A stretch of DNA of 57,001 bases, filler included, from Sluysia triapertura (Eukaryota), in assembly GCA_046118255.1 (NCBI GenBank). It is 4 parts of 4 records of this genome, joined end to end, with 100 filler letters (N's around TTAATTAATTAA, not from the genome) between each part and the next. Parts side by side here need not be neighbours in the genome. Positions count along the whole stretch, not along the records: positions 11,103 to 29,153 come from JBJNIA010182612.1; 3 more parts are not named here. One strand, written 5' to 3'. Position numbers and translations under genes: made by a program. Of this stretch, positions 12,893 to 24,800 are shown piece by piece. Positions within the stretch are counted from its first letter, which is position 1. The number at the start of each line of letters is the position of its first letter. Under the pieces are notes generated by a model that saw only the letters and a program-made list of their open reading frames with translations, was not told where the DNA came from and did no database searches.

Positions 12893-13048
12893 TGTTAGAC
12901 TTTATAAAATGCACTGACCGGGAATCGAACCCGGGACCTCTAGCTGCGCAGTTTGATGCTCTACCACTGAGGTATCAGCCCCGTCTAACAATTTTATTTT
13001 ATTATATTCAATTTTACCAAATGGCACTTTAGGCCTTTTACCCCAACA
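12893..13048 (-). mobile_element. Short TG...CA element containing a tRNA-like cassette (copy 2, most complete)
   Basis: TGTTAGAC...CCCCAACA flanked by GAAT/GAAT (12889-12892, 13049-13052). The homologous host repeat at about 24190-24800 lacks the insert (empty site). Confidence 0.8.
12910..12981 (-). pseudogene. tRNA-like sequence (pseudo-tRNA, Ala/Cys-like; anticodon stem broken) inside a mobile element
   Basis: 72 nt GGGCTGATACCTCAGTGGTAGAGCATCAAACTGCGCAGCTAGAGGTCCCGGGTTCGATTCCCGGTCAGTGCA followed by TTTT. Near-consensus A box, perfect B box and T arm, acceptor stem with G3:U70 and one mismatch; the anticodon stem does not pair. Confidence 0.75.
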
Positions 13049-14129
13049 GAATAGTTCGTTTGAGAATAAGAACCTTAAAACATTTTTCATTAGAAAATTG
13101 GGTGTGAAAATCGAAAATCAATTTAAAAGTTAAATTAAATTCATTATTTTTATGTATGTTAACAATATTGTTGATTGTTCTTTTAATGTGAGAATTAATT
13201 TAAGTAAAAATAGATTGAGTGGAGTAAAAGAAAGTGATGGTTGATAATAAATCAAATTTCTATGTTTATTCCTAACGAAGTTTGACAAACTGTACTATGT
13301 AAATGTCAAATTTGTTATTATCGTCTGATTCTCAAAGATGTTTTGATGATTTGTGTGAAAGAGTGTTTGATTGTGAGACTGGGTATTGATTGGATGACGA
13401 GAGAGTATAAAATAAAAATTTTTAAATTTTTCAAACACAATAAAGCAATAATAAAATCTTACCGGTATTGAATAGAAGATCCATGCATACGATAATCTTT
13501 TTTATTTTTTATTTTATTATTTTAAATAAAATAAAATTAAATAAATAATTTTTTGGGGGAAAATATTTAATTGATTATACTTGTTTTTAAGTCATTTCAA
13601 GTTACTTTTAATGGTTTTTACCTTTTGGGGTTATTATTTGGAAATATATATTTAATTATAATTTTAATTATAAGTGATTTTAATTTTTAATTTTTCTTTA
13701 TATATTAATAAATTTGATTTTTGGGAGGATCCCTGCTCAAAACTTTTGACAGATATCAAATTAGGTTAAGATTCTCTGAAAATATTTAAGCAGTATCACT
13801 ATTTTAAACTTTCGATATTTTTAGTGTTTGTTGCGTCACTCCTGCTTTCTTCATTTAGAATGTCATATCCTTGATACTATTTATAAACGTTATTGTTATT
13901 CTTGTAGTTTTATTGTTGTTTAGTAAAGACTTATAACAGCAATTTGTATTTGATTTTTTTAATCATTAAATTATTGAATTGTTGTTTATTTTACTTTAAA
14001 ACTTAATCTTTGGGTTGAATAAATAACATCATCGAAATAAGGAAATTTCTGATAATTTTATAGTTAATTTTATAGATAATTTTAGTGGTTAATTATTGAG
14101 ATTTTGTTAAATAGATTAACTGATATTAA

Positions 14130-14800
14130 TTTGCTCTTATTATTAAGTACAAAGAAGCAACAAATTCACCTAACAGATGCGCCTTATATCTGGTCGAACG
14201 TAGTCTATTAGGATTTGATTTTAAAGAACTTAAAACGAATGCTAGACGATGTCAGTAGTTAAAATGTTCATTTATACTTTGTAAGAATCAACTCTATATC
14301 AAATTCAATAAATTAAAAATAGTTAATTTAGCCGATTATGGTCTAGAGTACAAGTAAAAATAATTTAATTAGGTTAGACGTTGAGCTAGCCTACTTAAGG
14401 TTTAGCAAATAACTAATATTTTGGAGTTACAAGAGAAAAACTGGTGCTTAAAAACTTTATTAAATAAGCAAATAATGACAAATGTAATAAATAACAATAG
14501 TATCAATAAGTATTTAATCATTTAAGGAAGGAAATTCCTAGCAATATTTTAGATTTTAAAAAGAAAATTAAACTAGCCTTTAATGTCTAGTGTTCAAATT
14601 AATAATCTAAGTCTATTTTAATTCTTTATTTAAAACAAGATTTAAAACCTTAAACAATAAGCAAATTACTTGTTCATGGATTTGGAAAACATAAATTGAC
14701 GATTAGAATTTTTCTTCAGCCATTTATATAGCTAAATTTTTACTGAGGTAATCATATTGAAAAGCATTATATTTATTTAGTTAATTTAGAAAAACAAATA
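14130..14800 (+). mobile_element. Decayed Ty3/gypsy-like reverse transcriptase remnant
   Basis: KYKEATNSPNRCALYLVERSLLGF (compare KTAF.TP.GLYE..RMPFGL), MLDDV, and frameshifted AYL/GLAN (compare FLGLANY). Diverged paralogous stretch at about 55550-56200. Confidence 0.5.
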
Positions 14801-16029
14801 TTATAAGAAATGAAATTAAAAATTTTATTTTAAAAGTTTTACTGTTATCACAAAAAATAAAACTATTTTAAAGTTTTTAATTCTTTTATAATAATATATA
14901 ATATTTATAATAAATTCAAGTATAATAATCACAGACAAAAATGTACAAAATGTATAATAAAGCGTAAACATAATAAAATGTTCACGGTCTTATAATACAA
15001 AATGATGAGAAAATATAATAAAATAAAAGTGAGAATTATGAAAATTATGAGAACTGAGGAATACTTTGGAATTCCAAAGACCATTGTGATGTTTTGAAAT
15101 CCTTGAAGAAACTTGAGATTGACTTGGAATTGTTTTGAAGCAATAAAGTACCATTGAACATGTGAATAGTGAGGCAATTTAAGATCTTTTCAACCTTTAA
15201 GAATCTTTGAAACCTTGATTATTTAAAATTTCACGCATAAACAAACATCACTCATTATAAATAATATAAACACCAAACAAATTTCACAAACTTTCGAAAT
15301 GTCTAAACATTTTAACATATTAAATCTTTAAAACTTAAAGTAACACTGTAGTAACTAAGTTAAACGATAACGACATTCTTCTCAAATTACCATTCTGATA
15401 TAGTGCAATAAAAGTCCATTACTTCATGGAGCGTGGAAAATCTATTAGATCCTATTAATATTCAAAAGTTTATTAAAAAGATACCAGAATTAGAAAATTC
15501 ATTAAATCATGTAGAAACAGAAACAAAAAGTTGGAATAATTATAAAAGCAAGAATTGAAAAAATTCAACTTTATATTAAATTACAAAAGCAAACAACTAT
15601 GAAAAAAATAACCTCAGCCACCTGTCTAAAATACAGAGAGAGAACAATAATCAGAACAACCACTTCAACAAGAATTACAAAGAGATGTTCCTAATAATCA
15701 ACAAAAACATGAACAATTAGTTAAACATGTAGAAGAACAGACATCAGCACAACTATGTGAACAAGAATGAGAGAAACATACTGTTAAAATTCAAAAGAAA
15801 TTTGGGAATTATAACAGAAAAAGAAACGAAATCAGAAAGAGATATATTATGAGAGCAAATTTTTATGTAAATTATTCTTTTGTGTAATAATTACAATAAT
15901 TATAATTTTAATTAATAAAAATAAAATACAATTTATAAATAAATTCCAACATGGCTGTTTATGTACAACTATTAATACGGTATTGATACACTTAATCGGT
16001 TCACACTTAAAAACCAAACATCAAAAAAA

Positions 16030-16230
16030 TTTAAAATTATTTCTATTGTGTAATGCGTGTGGTCAACTTGAGTCTCTCTAACTAACGTGTTTCCAACTGT
16101 TATTAAACGGGCTTTACATTTAAATGATTGATGATGTGTGCATCTCCATGAAGTTGTTCCATTTTGATTGTTTTTCTTTAATGTATTCAAAATTGTAGGT
16201 TTACCTTTTGAACTAGTTCCAAATAACAGA
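16030..16230 (-). mobile_element. FLYWCH zinc-finger fragment, probably from a Mutator-like (MULE) transposase
   Basis: GTSSKGKPTILNTLKKNNQNGTTSWRCTHHQSFKCKARLITVGNTLVRETQVDHTH fits the FLYWCH W-R-C...C.AR...H.H pattern. No adjoining DDE domain is visible. Confidence 0.75.
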
Positions 16231-16927
16231 TTAATATTTAGGCGTAAAAAATAACCAAAAAATAAATTTTTATTTAAAAAATGATTATGGTGGCCGGCCT
16301 ACACCAACTACACATCACATAAACCATCTACATAAACCTCCACACAAAAAATTAAACCATGACAAATTTTACACATATCATTCACAAGATTACACTACTT
16401 ATCATTATAAAATCACAAATACCTAGTAAAATTTCTTTTATTAACATTTTTTAATCAAAATATTAACTCAGTGTTCATTGTCATTTTATTATCATTACGA
16501 CGTACTATCATTTTTCTAGTGTCTCCCGATTTTTCATTTTTTTCTTTTTTGCGATTTAAAATGGTCAAAATAGTCGTGATTTTATTAAAGAGCCTAACTT
16601 AAAAGAATTATGGAATCGAGAACCCTACCAATTTTATTTGTCATTGCCAAGGTATCAATACGGTACGTTATTTACAATATCTATTATCCATTGATTTTTG
16701 GAAAGTGAACACATCAGCCGAACGGATTGAAATTATAGTCAGTATTAATGGGAACATTAATGGAACACATTTTATAGATTTTTTTAATTATAAACCAAAA
16801 ATAATCAAATTTTGTGTATCAAACTTTTAAAACAAATTCATCGTAGTGCTCATTGGGCTGTAAATCATCGTAAAGATGTAACAAATGAACAAAAACAACA
16901 AGTCCCAAATTGTTTTTTAGATCATTA

Positions 16928-17420
16928 TCTGAAATAATTGTGTACATTTAGAATTAAAGAAGTGTCGTTAATAAAGAGTACTACCGACACTATATTAGTT
17001 GCGTCCTCTTGCATTGTTACTACTATCTCAAATATGATGAGTATAATAAATTTAAGCATCTGTAATGTCCTTTTAAATATCCTAGTTATGCCTACTTAGA
17101 TCTATATTTGAAATATTTATGTAATTTTAAAATCAGAGAAGTTTTGGTGATAAAGAGAATTGATGACACTACATTACTTATATGTTATTTCTGTTGTAAC
17201 ATCATCTTCAAACATGATATATCAAAAATAAAACTAATTACTGTCGTTCTTTTAAAATTAATATTCGACTGTCTTTATTTTACTTTGTATTTCAAAAATT
17301 GAACTTCATAAAAGCTTTTATATTAATTTCAATTTAAAAGATAGTCATAACTTAAGTAATGTAATCATGTTAAGTTTTAAATCTTATAAACTTGTCTATG
17401 TTTTCCTGGAAAGTATGGCA
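16928..17420 (-). mobile_element. Two tandem decayed copies of a CR1/L2-type RT core segment (about 179-bp period)
   Basis: Minus-strand NIVSVVLFINDTSLILNVHNYF and NVVSSILFITKTSLILKLHKYF (compare LFADDTSLI), with many synonymous differences between the copies. Confidence 0.4.
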
Positions 17421-19121
17421 AATGACTATGATAAGGCATATAAATTGCATCAAAATAACAAATAAGTTGTTATCTACATACGTGAAGGAATTAGATTGTC
17501 AAATTCAAATTCCACTCGGTCGTCAAGCTATCAAGTGTCAGCTAGGTTCATCAATAATGCGAGACGTAAGAATTGTAGTTTTTATATGACTTATTATGTG
17601 TCAATAATGATTAAAATTTTTCTGTCGTGATTAATAAATACAACAACCTTGTATTTTTATATTGCAAACTTTTCATTTAATAATGAAACCGATCCGTGCC
17701 AATCTTTTAATTATAAATATTTAAAACCTTGTAAGAATTTATATAATAGATTTAACGATAAAATTAAATGTAGAGTAATTGATAATGTTAATACAATAAT
17801 TATCAAATATAAATATTATAATTCTCGAATTAATAATAATAAAACCACAATAGTCCTTTTTTCTCTTAGTATTTAATAATTTAGTTTATTTTCTGTACGT
17901 AAAAAAGGTGAATGTACATCTTTCTTGCTTAAGGATTGTTATAATCAAGAAAGAAAATTAATCATGCTTTTTAATTCAAATGATTAAAAATACTTCAATC
18001 GAATAGTCAAAAAATTATTATTGATAATTAATTATCTTCTTCGAATTGTTATTAAAAATTAATTAAATATCATATTACATATAATGTTTTTTGACCATAA
18101 AAATTGTACATACGTTCATCTTTAAATTTATACCACACATTTTAATATAGTTACAAATTATACAACAGATTTTAATACATTAAAATTATTAGTAACATAT
18201 TTTAATATAATTCATATTAATAAAAATTGAATTATAAAATATTTAATTATAATATATTGATTTCGAGGTATAGTAAACCACAAAATAGACATATTTTCAG
18301 GGCCACCTGTAATTATACTGTTCAGTATCTTAAATCAATATTATAATTTTTAGGGTATTTATAGAAGAAATGTTTCTTTTTGTTATTTTGGGCAAATAAT
18401 TCAGCGAAACATGACTTTTTTAATCTATTCTGAATAAATCTTCATCGGTGCATATTTACTTCCTAACTTTTGGCGACTTACTAAAATATTTTAACGACCG
18501 CATTCTCTAACAATGGCAGAATGGTTTGATTATATGATTCAATTGAAAGTATTAATTTTTTATCTTCGTAAAACCAATTTGTTCTGTTAGCCAAGATAAT
18601 ACTATGGTTTTGTTCATTTATATCTATGTAACTAAACAACAATTCATTGAAATAACTTACGGCTGTAATGCTACGCCATTTTACAACAAGTTCTCCAGAT
18701 CCCAGTTTTTCAATTTTCGTAAAAGTGGATATTTGTAATATGGAGTAGGTCATAAGGTTTCTCTTTATTATATTAATCAAAGGTGTAGACTTTAGTAACC
18801 TCTAAGTATTCTTAGAACATCGATGAGCATTTGAGATCTTTTAGTAATTATATAAAGTATCTAAATAGTTGAGAAATAAAATCGTTGTTATTGGTATTAA
18901 GAATACGTTTAGTATAGTAATAATTAAAATAAAGAAGTAGAAAAAGGATTCACAGAGGTGAAGATGAAAACATCTAGAGACTCCTGAATACCTATTATAT
19001 AACTTTATGACCTTAATTAAACCGTTAAACATAAAATAAGATTAAGTCTAAAAATAGATTAATTAATTAAAATCTTATTTAAGAAAATGTACTTTTTTAT
19101 GAATAAATTTCGATGTGGAAA

Positions 19122-19205
19122 TGTTGGAGTAAAGGTCTAAAGTGGCATTGACTACAATAAAAAAAATTGTTAGATGGAGCTGATAACTCAGTAGGTACAG
19201 AATTA
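19122..19205 (+). mobile_element. Truncated copy 3 of the tRNA-cassette element
   Basis: TGTTGGAGTAAAGGTCTAAAGTGGCATT...TTGTTAGATGGAGCTGATAACTCAGTAGGTACAG matches the reverse complement of 12960-13048 and stops after the D-arm. Confidence 0.7.
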
Positions 19206-19229
19206 AAAATCATATGTTAGAACTGTTCT

Positions 19230-22200
19230 TCTTCAATGAAGTGTTGAAGAGCCCTTGTGACTCTGGAAAAGTTTTTCCTTAAGTTCACTATCTATGGCCG
19301 GACACGCAGATGTTTTTGGTTGAGGTACATCTTCCATGATCATACCAAGTGACCTTCTAGGTCAATATGTATGGATTGTACTTCAATTAATGAAAAGTTT
19401 ATGTTATTTTCATCACTTAGCCATCAATTCACTCTTAAGATCCAAAATGATGATGATAATGATGATGATCAAGTTGTGATTAGCCGCCTCTCACTTGTAC
19501 TAGATACCAGATTAAGTTCTGTGCCTAGTCCTAGTGATGCAAATTTTAAGTTCCGGCATCTTAATGATGATGCAGTTAATGTGTTCTGATCCATTAAAGA
19601 CAAATGCTGTCACTGTTGATGACACATTTCCAGAACAGTATCCTCATAAAGTCAATTTGTTGCAACCCATTAAAGTTGAAGATGATGATATGGTAGATCA
19701 AGACATTGGTGATGCTATTCATGATAAACCTGACAGTATTACTGATGCTGATCTTGCTCCTGCTGTTGTTCCTGACAATACTGCTGCTGCCCATACTGCT
19801 GGTTTTGCTTCTGTAGTTCCTGCCATTAATGTTGCTGCTGAGATTTCTGACTCCTGTTAGACCAGTTTATCCTGAGTATTCAAAGAGCCGCCTACCTGGA
19901 TGTTCCTGACAAACAGAATTATCTAATTCATCCCGAATGCTTTACACAGGGCCTGTCCGAAGTTAGGTCGTTGTACTACAGGCATCCAGTAAGCCATTTT
20001 TCTGTGGTTTCTGCTACTAAACCGGTTTGCTCCAGCCAATCCCTTAAGCACCTTGATGGTACCAGTTTGTGTATTTCTTATTTTTCTATTTGTGATCTGA
20101 CCTTTTTCTTGTGAATGCCTGCTCTTTAAATGTGTGAATAATGTTCTGATTTATTATGTAAAATTTATTATATTTTCTATTCTGAATCCTTTCTTTTACT
20201 GGTTAACTCTGGTTGTGGTCCCGACCCTACTGATCTCTGGCTCTATGAAGACGAGATAAAGCTGTATTGTGAGTTTGTCTGTACACCTTGTATCTGCCTT
20301 GTCTCTTTCAAGTCACATCCCTTCCTTAACAATCCGCGACACTTTAAAACATCTATTCTAGGTTACATCCCTGGTGGCAATATTACATATTAGTGCCATA
20401 TTACATAATTCCAATTACTTTTCTATCCTTGTTATGGACTTAAACAAAGGTCAGTCCTATGATCTTGACCCATTCCGTGCCCGTAATAATTCCGCTACCA
20501 ACTCCAATCATTCTCAATTTCCAGGCTCCTAAATCTACTTGATGTTTCATTTCTTGAACACGCGCCACAACCTTTCCTACTCCAGCCAAACCCTTATGAC
20601 TATGGTGTTCTGGTTTGTGGTTACTTGAATGCTCTTTCTTTGGCACGTTCTTTTTCTTCATTTGATCATGTTGATATTCGTAGGTTCCTGCGTCCTCACG
20701 AAAGTAAAAATCTCACTTAGCGCGTTAAAATCACTGTTAAGGGTTTTCACCACTAATAAAATTATGAAGGTTCTACCATTTAATAACCTTAAATTTATTA
20801 AAAAAGCTTCTCCTAGCTCTAAATTTATAAATAAAACTATAAAATTTATAAAATTTACAAATATAACTAAAACTAAATGTCTGGCGTTCCAAGGAGAAAC
20901 GTGTATCATTTCATGGTGATGAATGTATCATTTTACTTGAAAAACCTAAACTTTCCCTTTTCTGGAATTCCACACCTAATGTTTTTCACCTCCCCCGCCC
21001 GAAAGCTTTAAATATCAAACAGGTACTCAATCGGCGCCCTGCCAACATAAAATTGCGTCACAAATCTAAACTAAGAACAGCTAAAACGTCAGATAATCAC
21101 TGTCCCAATGATGTCTCTTCTGCCAAGCTCCATTTCACGGATACAGCAACTCTCCCACGACATTTGGCTTCTCTACTATCCGATGGGAAGACTTTACCCT
21201 CTTCCACATTGCCTACTCGAAAGATCTCGATCCAATTGTCCGTGGAGCAGGCGGTACACGCAATGTTCTCCCCACTATCCCCAAAAACCATGATAAAATC
21301 CTTTATACCGTCATTGACCCCACATCTGTCCGATGTAACTCATGCTGTATAAAACAAAAATTCTACCCCATCAATGCTATCAGTCTTCGCACAAAATCTC
21401 TAGTGCAAAAATTTCTTTAATGTTCCTGCTCAGTTGCCTTTGAGGGTCACTCATACCTTACCCAACATTTTCTTATCCACACCTCTTCTAATAACCTACT
21501 CACTAAAACGATCACTAGGATTTGGATTCAACACATGAATCCGATTGATTAACCCTTGGTACAAACATGACTTTCTTTAACGCGTACATCGTTGATGCTG
21601 ATTCTGTTGCATTGTACCCTATTACTGTCAATTTTGCTATGTTCAATGACGAACAAGAGTTTCTGAACAACTTTCCTTTCTCGAAATGTTCTGTTTGGCT
21701 TCACCTATACTGGATCCTTAATATCGAATCCCACTGGATCCTTGTCGTCATTAATAAACAACAGAATTTCTTCTGCATTATTGACCATCTTGTGTCTTAT
21801 CCACGTCACCTTTTCCTCCTAGGTGACTATTTATCTAACGTCATGATTACGTCAACTTCTCTTCCTGTCTACCAGTCTAAACCTGCGTTTCACATCAAAT
21901 TTATTCCTTACCCAACAGCTGAAGGCCCTATCGACTGTGGCCCCTTTATCTGTGACATTGTGTTACAATATAAACTCAACCCTAACGTCTTTATGTTTTG
22001 TAAGCCTGATATTTGCGGTACTAGAGAGATCCTCTACAATTTTGTTGCTCTTTCATTGGATGAGTCGATTAAGTTTAACAAACCGAAACACCCAAATCCT
22101 TTAGAACAATCTATTTGTCTCAAATTCAGTAAAAAAATCTCTCCCTGGATTAAGCTTTCACTGAATTTGTGACCTGATTTATTGCCTGCATCCTCCAAAG

Positions 22201-23770
22201 TTTCCTAATTTTATATGTCTCAAATTAAATTCCACATTAACGAGTTTCAGAGTGATATTAATCTTAACAAGATCTTTGAAAATAATCAGACCGAAACTTT
22301 CCACCTGGTAACTCGTACTGACCCTCCTTCCATCACTCCTTCTGATGGTAAAATCTGTCTTTACTATAGTTTCGGCGTTGTTCCACCATTAGATTTATCT
22401 AAGATTGGTTTGACACCTTACTTTATGGATTTCTCAACCTGTTCTCCATTTTCTGAAGCTGAAATCTTAATAACCATGAAGAATTGTAAAAAATCACATT
22501 CGAACAAATCAAGAATGTTGATCCCACAGCGAAGTTTCAATAAAATACTTCAAACTCAAAACGTTCCTCAGGCCTGATAATCTTTCAATATAATTTCCTT
22601 CTTATACTTAAACCCAATAAATTCCATCTGGCACATGTAGTTTCTTCCTGGCGTTCTATTGCTGTTCTGGATTCCCAATGATTCTCAATGATCGACTCTT
22701 ATCATGGATTCATTGTGGGAATCTCATCAGTACCCATCAATCTGCTCTTCTTCGATTTAATGGTAACACTGAACATGCCTCCTCTATTCTTTACAGGAAA
22801 TTATTAAGTCCCTTAATCATAAAAAATCCCACAAAATCCAACTCAACATCATCTTTCTTGACTTGGCTCACGCGTTTGGATAAGTACTCCACCAATTAAT
22901 TTGGTACACCTTGTCTTGTATGGCTATTCATCAATCCACCCTTAATATTATCAGAAATCTTTACAATTCTTCGTCGACTCAATATAAGTGTAATAACCAA
23001 TTATTACCAAACAAATATAGAATCAAATAGGGTTGTCCAATATCAATGACCCTGTTCTGAATCTCGATCGACCACTTACTTCACTAAAGAGGATAACATA
23101 TGCGTTTGTGGCTCCTCTTTTCCTCCTTACTTTGCCTATGTTGATGACATAGCCTTAATAGCTACTTCCCATGGTAAGCTTCAACAAATGCTTAATTGCA
23201 TATTTGAAAACGTCAAGTCAGTCAATTTAATTTTCCGTCCCAATAAATGTTTTTACTTTAATAATCTCCGGGAAAGCGAGTTCTCCCAATATATTGATAA
23301 TGTATCTATTCCGGCTATGAAAGATGGTGATAAAATGAACTGCCTTGGGATTCCTTTTGGCGGGGTTCCTTTCACTACAAAAATTGAATATTGTAGTCTT
23401 AGTTGTAAGAACATTGTTTCTTATGAACCGCAACTTTCTTTATTCCCGCCTTCCTTTCCACCTTCGCAACCTTAATATTAATACTCAAACAATGAGTAGC
23501 CCGCATGCGAAGCAATCAAAGAATCTCCGTCAAACTGTAGTTTAAACATTTTCTTGGCCTTAAAATCTTTCCTCTTAATAATTATTTCTTTGCGCATAAG
23601 AACCAAGATGATCTTAATCTCATATCCTCCTACGATGACTATATGTGCCAAATTATAGTCTGTACTTTCGACTCTTCAATATTCGCACTCTTGCGCTGAA
23701 TGAACTGTTGAGAGTCGCTTGAGCACGACTTAACAAGGTTGCCAATACCTCTGATGCCTTTGACGCATCT
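19230..23770 (+). mobile_element. Degenerate NeSL/R5/Utopia-clade non-LTR retrotransposon (Ulp1-like protease + RT), apparently 3'-truncated
   Basis: Higher-GC, pyrimidine-rich island. Protease ORF at 21567-22172. RT motifs in order: PFSEAEIL (about 22446), SWRSIAV (about 22646), IFLDLAHAFG*VLHQLIW (22851), IK*GCPISMTLF (23021), FAYVDDIALIA (23131), FRPNKC, CLGIPFG. Many stops and frameshifts; no REL endonuclease seen. The 5' boundary is approximate. Confidence 0.8.
21567..22172 (+). pseudogene. Ulp1/C48 SUMO-protease-like cysteine protease domain of the retrotransposon
   Basis: SHWILVVIN (His), IIDHL (Asp) and EGPIDCGPFIC (Cys) appear in C48 order and spacing, directly upstream of the RT. 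Confidence 0.75.
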
Positions 23771-24189
23771 CGTAATAATTTTAAAGAAAAATGAAACTTT
23801 ACATTAAAAGAAATTCAAATATCTCCTTAAAAATAATTTAAACATGGAGTCTATAAAAAATCAAAAAATGATTCTAACTTAAACATTTAAATAATAATAA
23901 ATTAATAATTTATCAAATTTTAATACCTTCTTAAAAATAATTTGAACTGACAGGTAATTACCCAAAAATAATTTTAAATAAATATATGGGGACTCCTTAA
24001 AAATACATATTAAAAACAATACGGGGATTCTTTTTGCAATGATAAATAAATAGCTCTTTATAATATAATTTCAGCAAAAATGAAAGCAACATTTAATTTA
24101 TATTTATTTATAATTTTAATTTAGTATTATAAACAAAATTATATTGTGTACTAAAAATATTAGAAATCAAAAATTTTACCATATAATGT

Positions 24190-24800
24190 AATCACCACTG
24201 CATCTCTTCTTGAAATACGGTTGATATTCTTTATCACTATCCAATCACTTGTAAGTTTTACAATCAAACACTCTCACACACCTATTATTATAGTATTCTT
24301 TGAAAATTAAATGGGCATTATTAACTCTGACCGTTACATGGTACGGTCTGTCAAACTTTACTAGATGCAGTAAATTGATTTATGATTATTTCCTTTGCTC
24401 TACTCAACCTACTTTTACTTAAATTGTTTTGAACATTAAAATAACAATCACCAGTGTTGTTAACATGCATAAAAATAATGAATTTAATTTTTGATTTTTC
24501 ACATGCAATTTCCTTAGGAAAAACGTTTAATGTTCCTATTCTCAAATAAACCAACATACAAACATTTCAACTCACTTCTGGATTATCCCCTCCCATAGCA
24601 GTCATCTCCTATTCAATTCAGTAACTTTTCATTATTCTATATACAAAAAATTCAGCATTCCATAATTAAAAATTGACCTTGTTCAATATTAAAGCTTTCC
24701 TTGCATGAATTCCCCCCTCAAACCATACTTTCAATGAAAGGTCTTTTTAAAAGAAATGTATACACAGTTTCAACTTGATAAAAACTTTTAAAACCTTTTA
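24190..24800 (-). repeat. Copy of the same dispersed repeat without the tRNA-cassette insert (empty site)
   Basis: Reverse complement reads GAAATGTTTGTATGTTGGTTTATTTGAGAATAGGAAC continuously where copy 12170-13430 has the 156-bp insert. It also encodes KFDRPYHV, weakly like an integrase GPY/F motif. Confidence 0.7.

Larger units (their letters stand above)
12170..13430 (+). repeat. Old dispersed repeat family (host of the tRNA-cassette element), possibly decayed LTR-retrotransposon internal sequence
   Basis: Alignable by eye with about 1150-1500 (-), 15050-15230 (+), 18800-19120 (+) and 24190-24800 (-). Examples: GAGAAATAAAATC.TTGTTATTGGTATTAAGAATA at 12420 and 18871; ATATTGAGCAAAGTCAAATTTT at 12744 against its reverse complement at 1209. 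Confidence 0.75.

Noticed and set aside
12910-12981. Functional tRNA gene
   Set aside because: The anticodon stem does not pair, there are D-stem and acceptor mismatches, and it lies inside a repeated element.
18300-18780. 99-aa ORF as a host gene or LTR RNase H fragment
   Set aside because: No motif I can firmly recognise; left unassigned.
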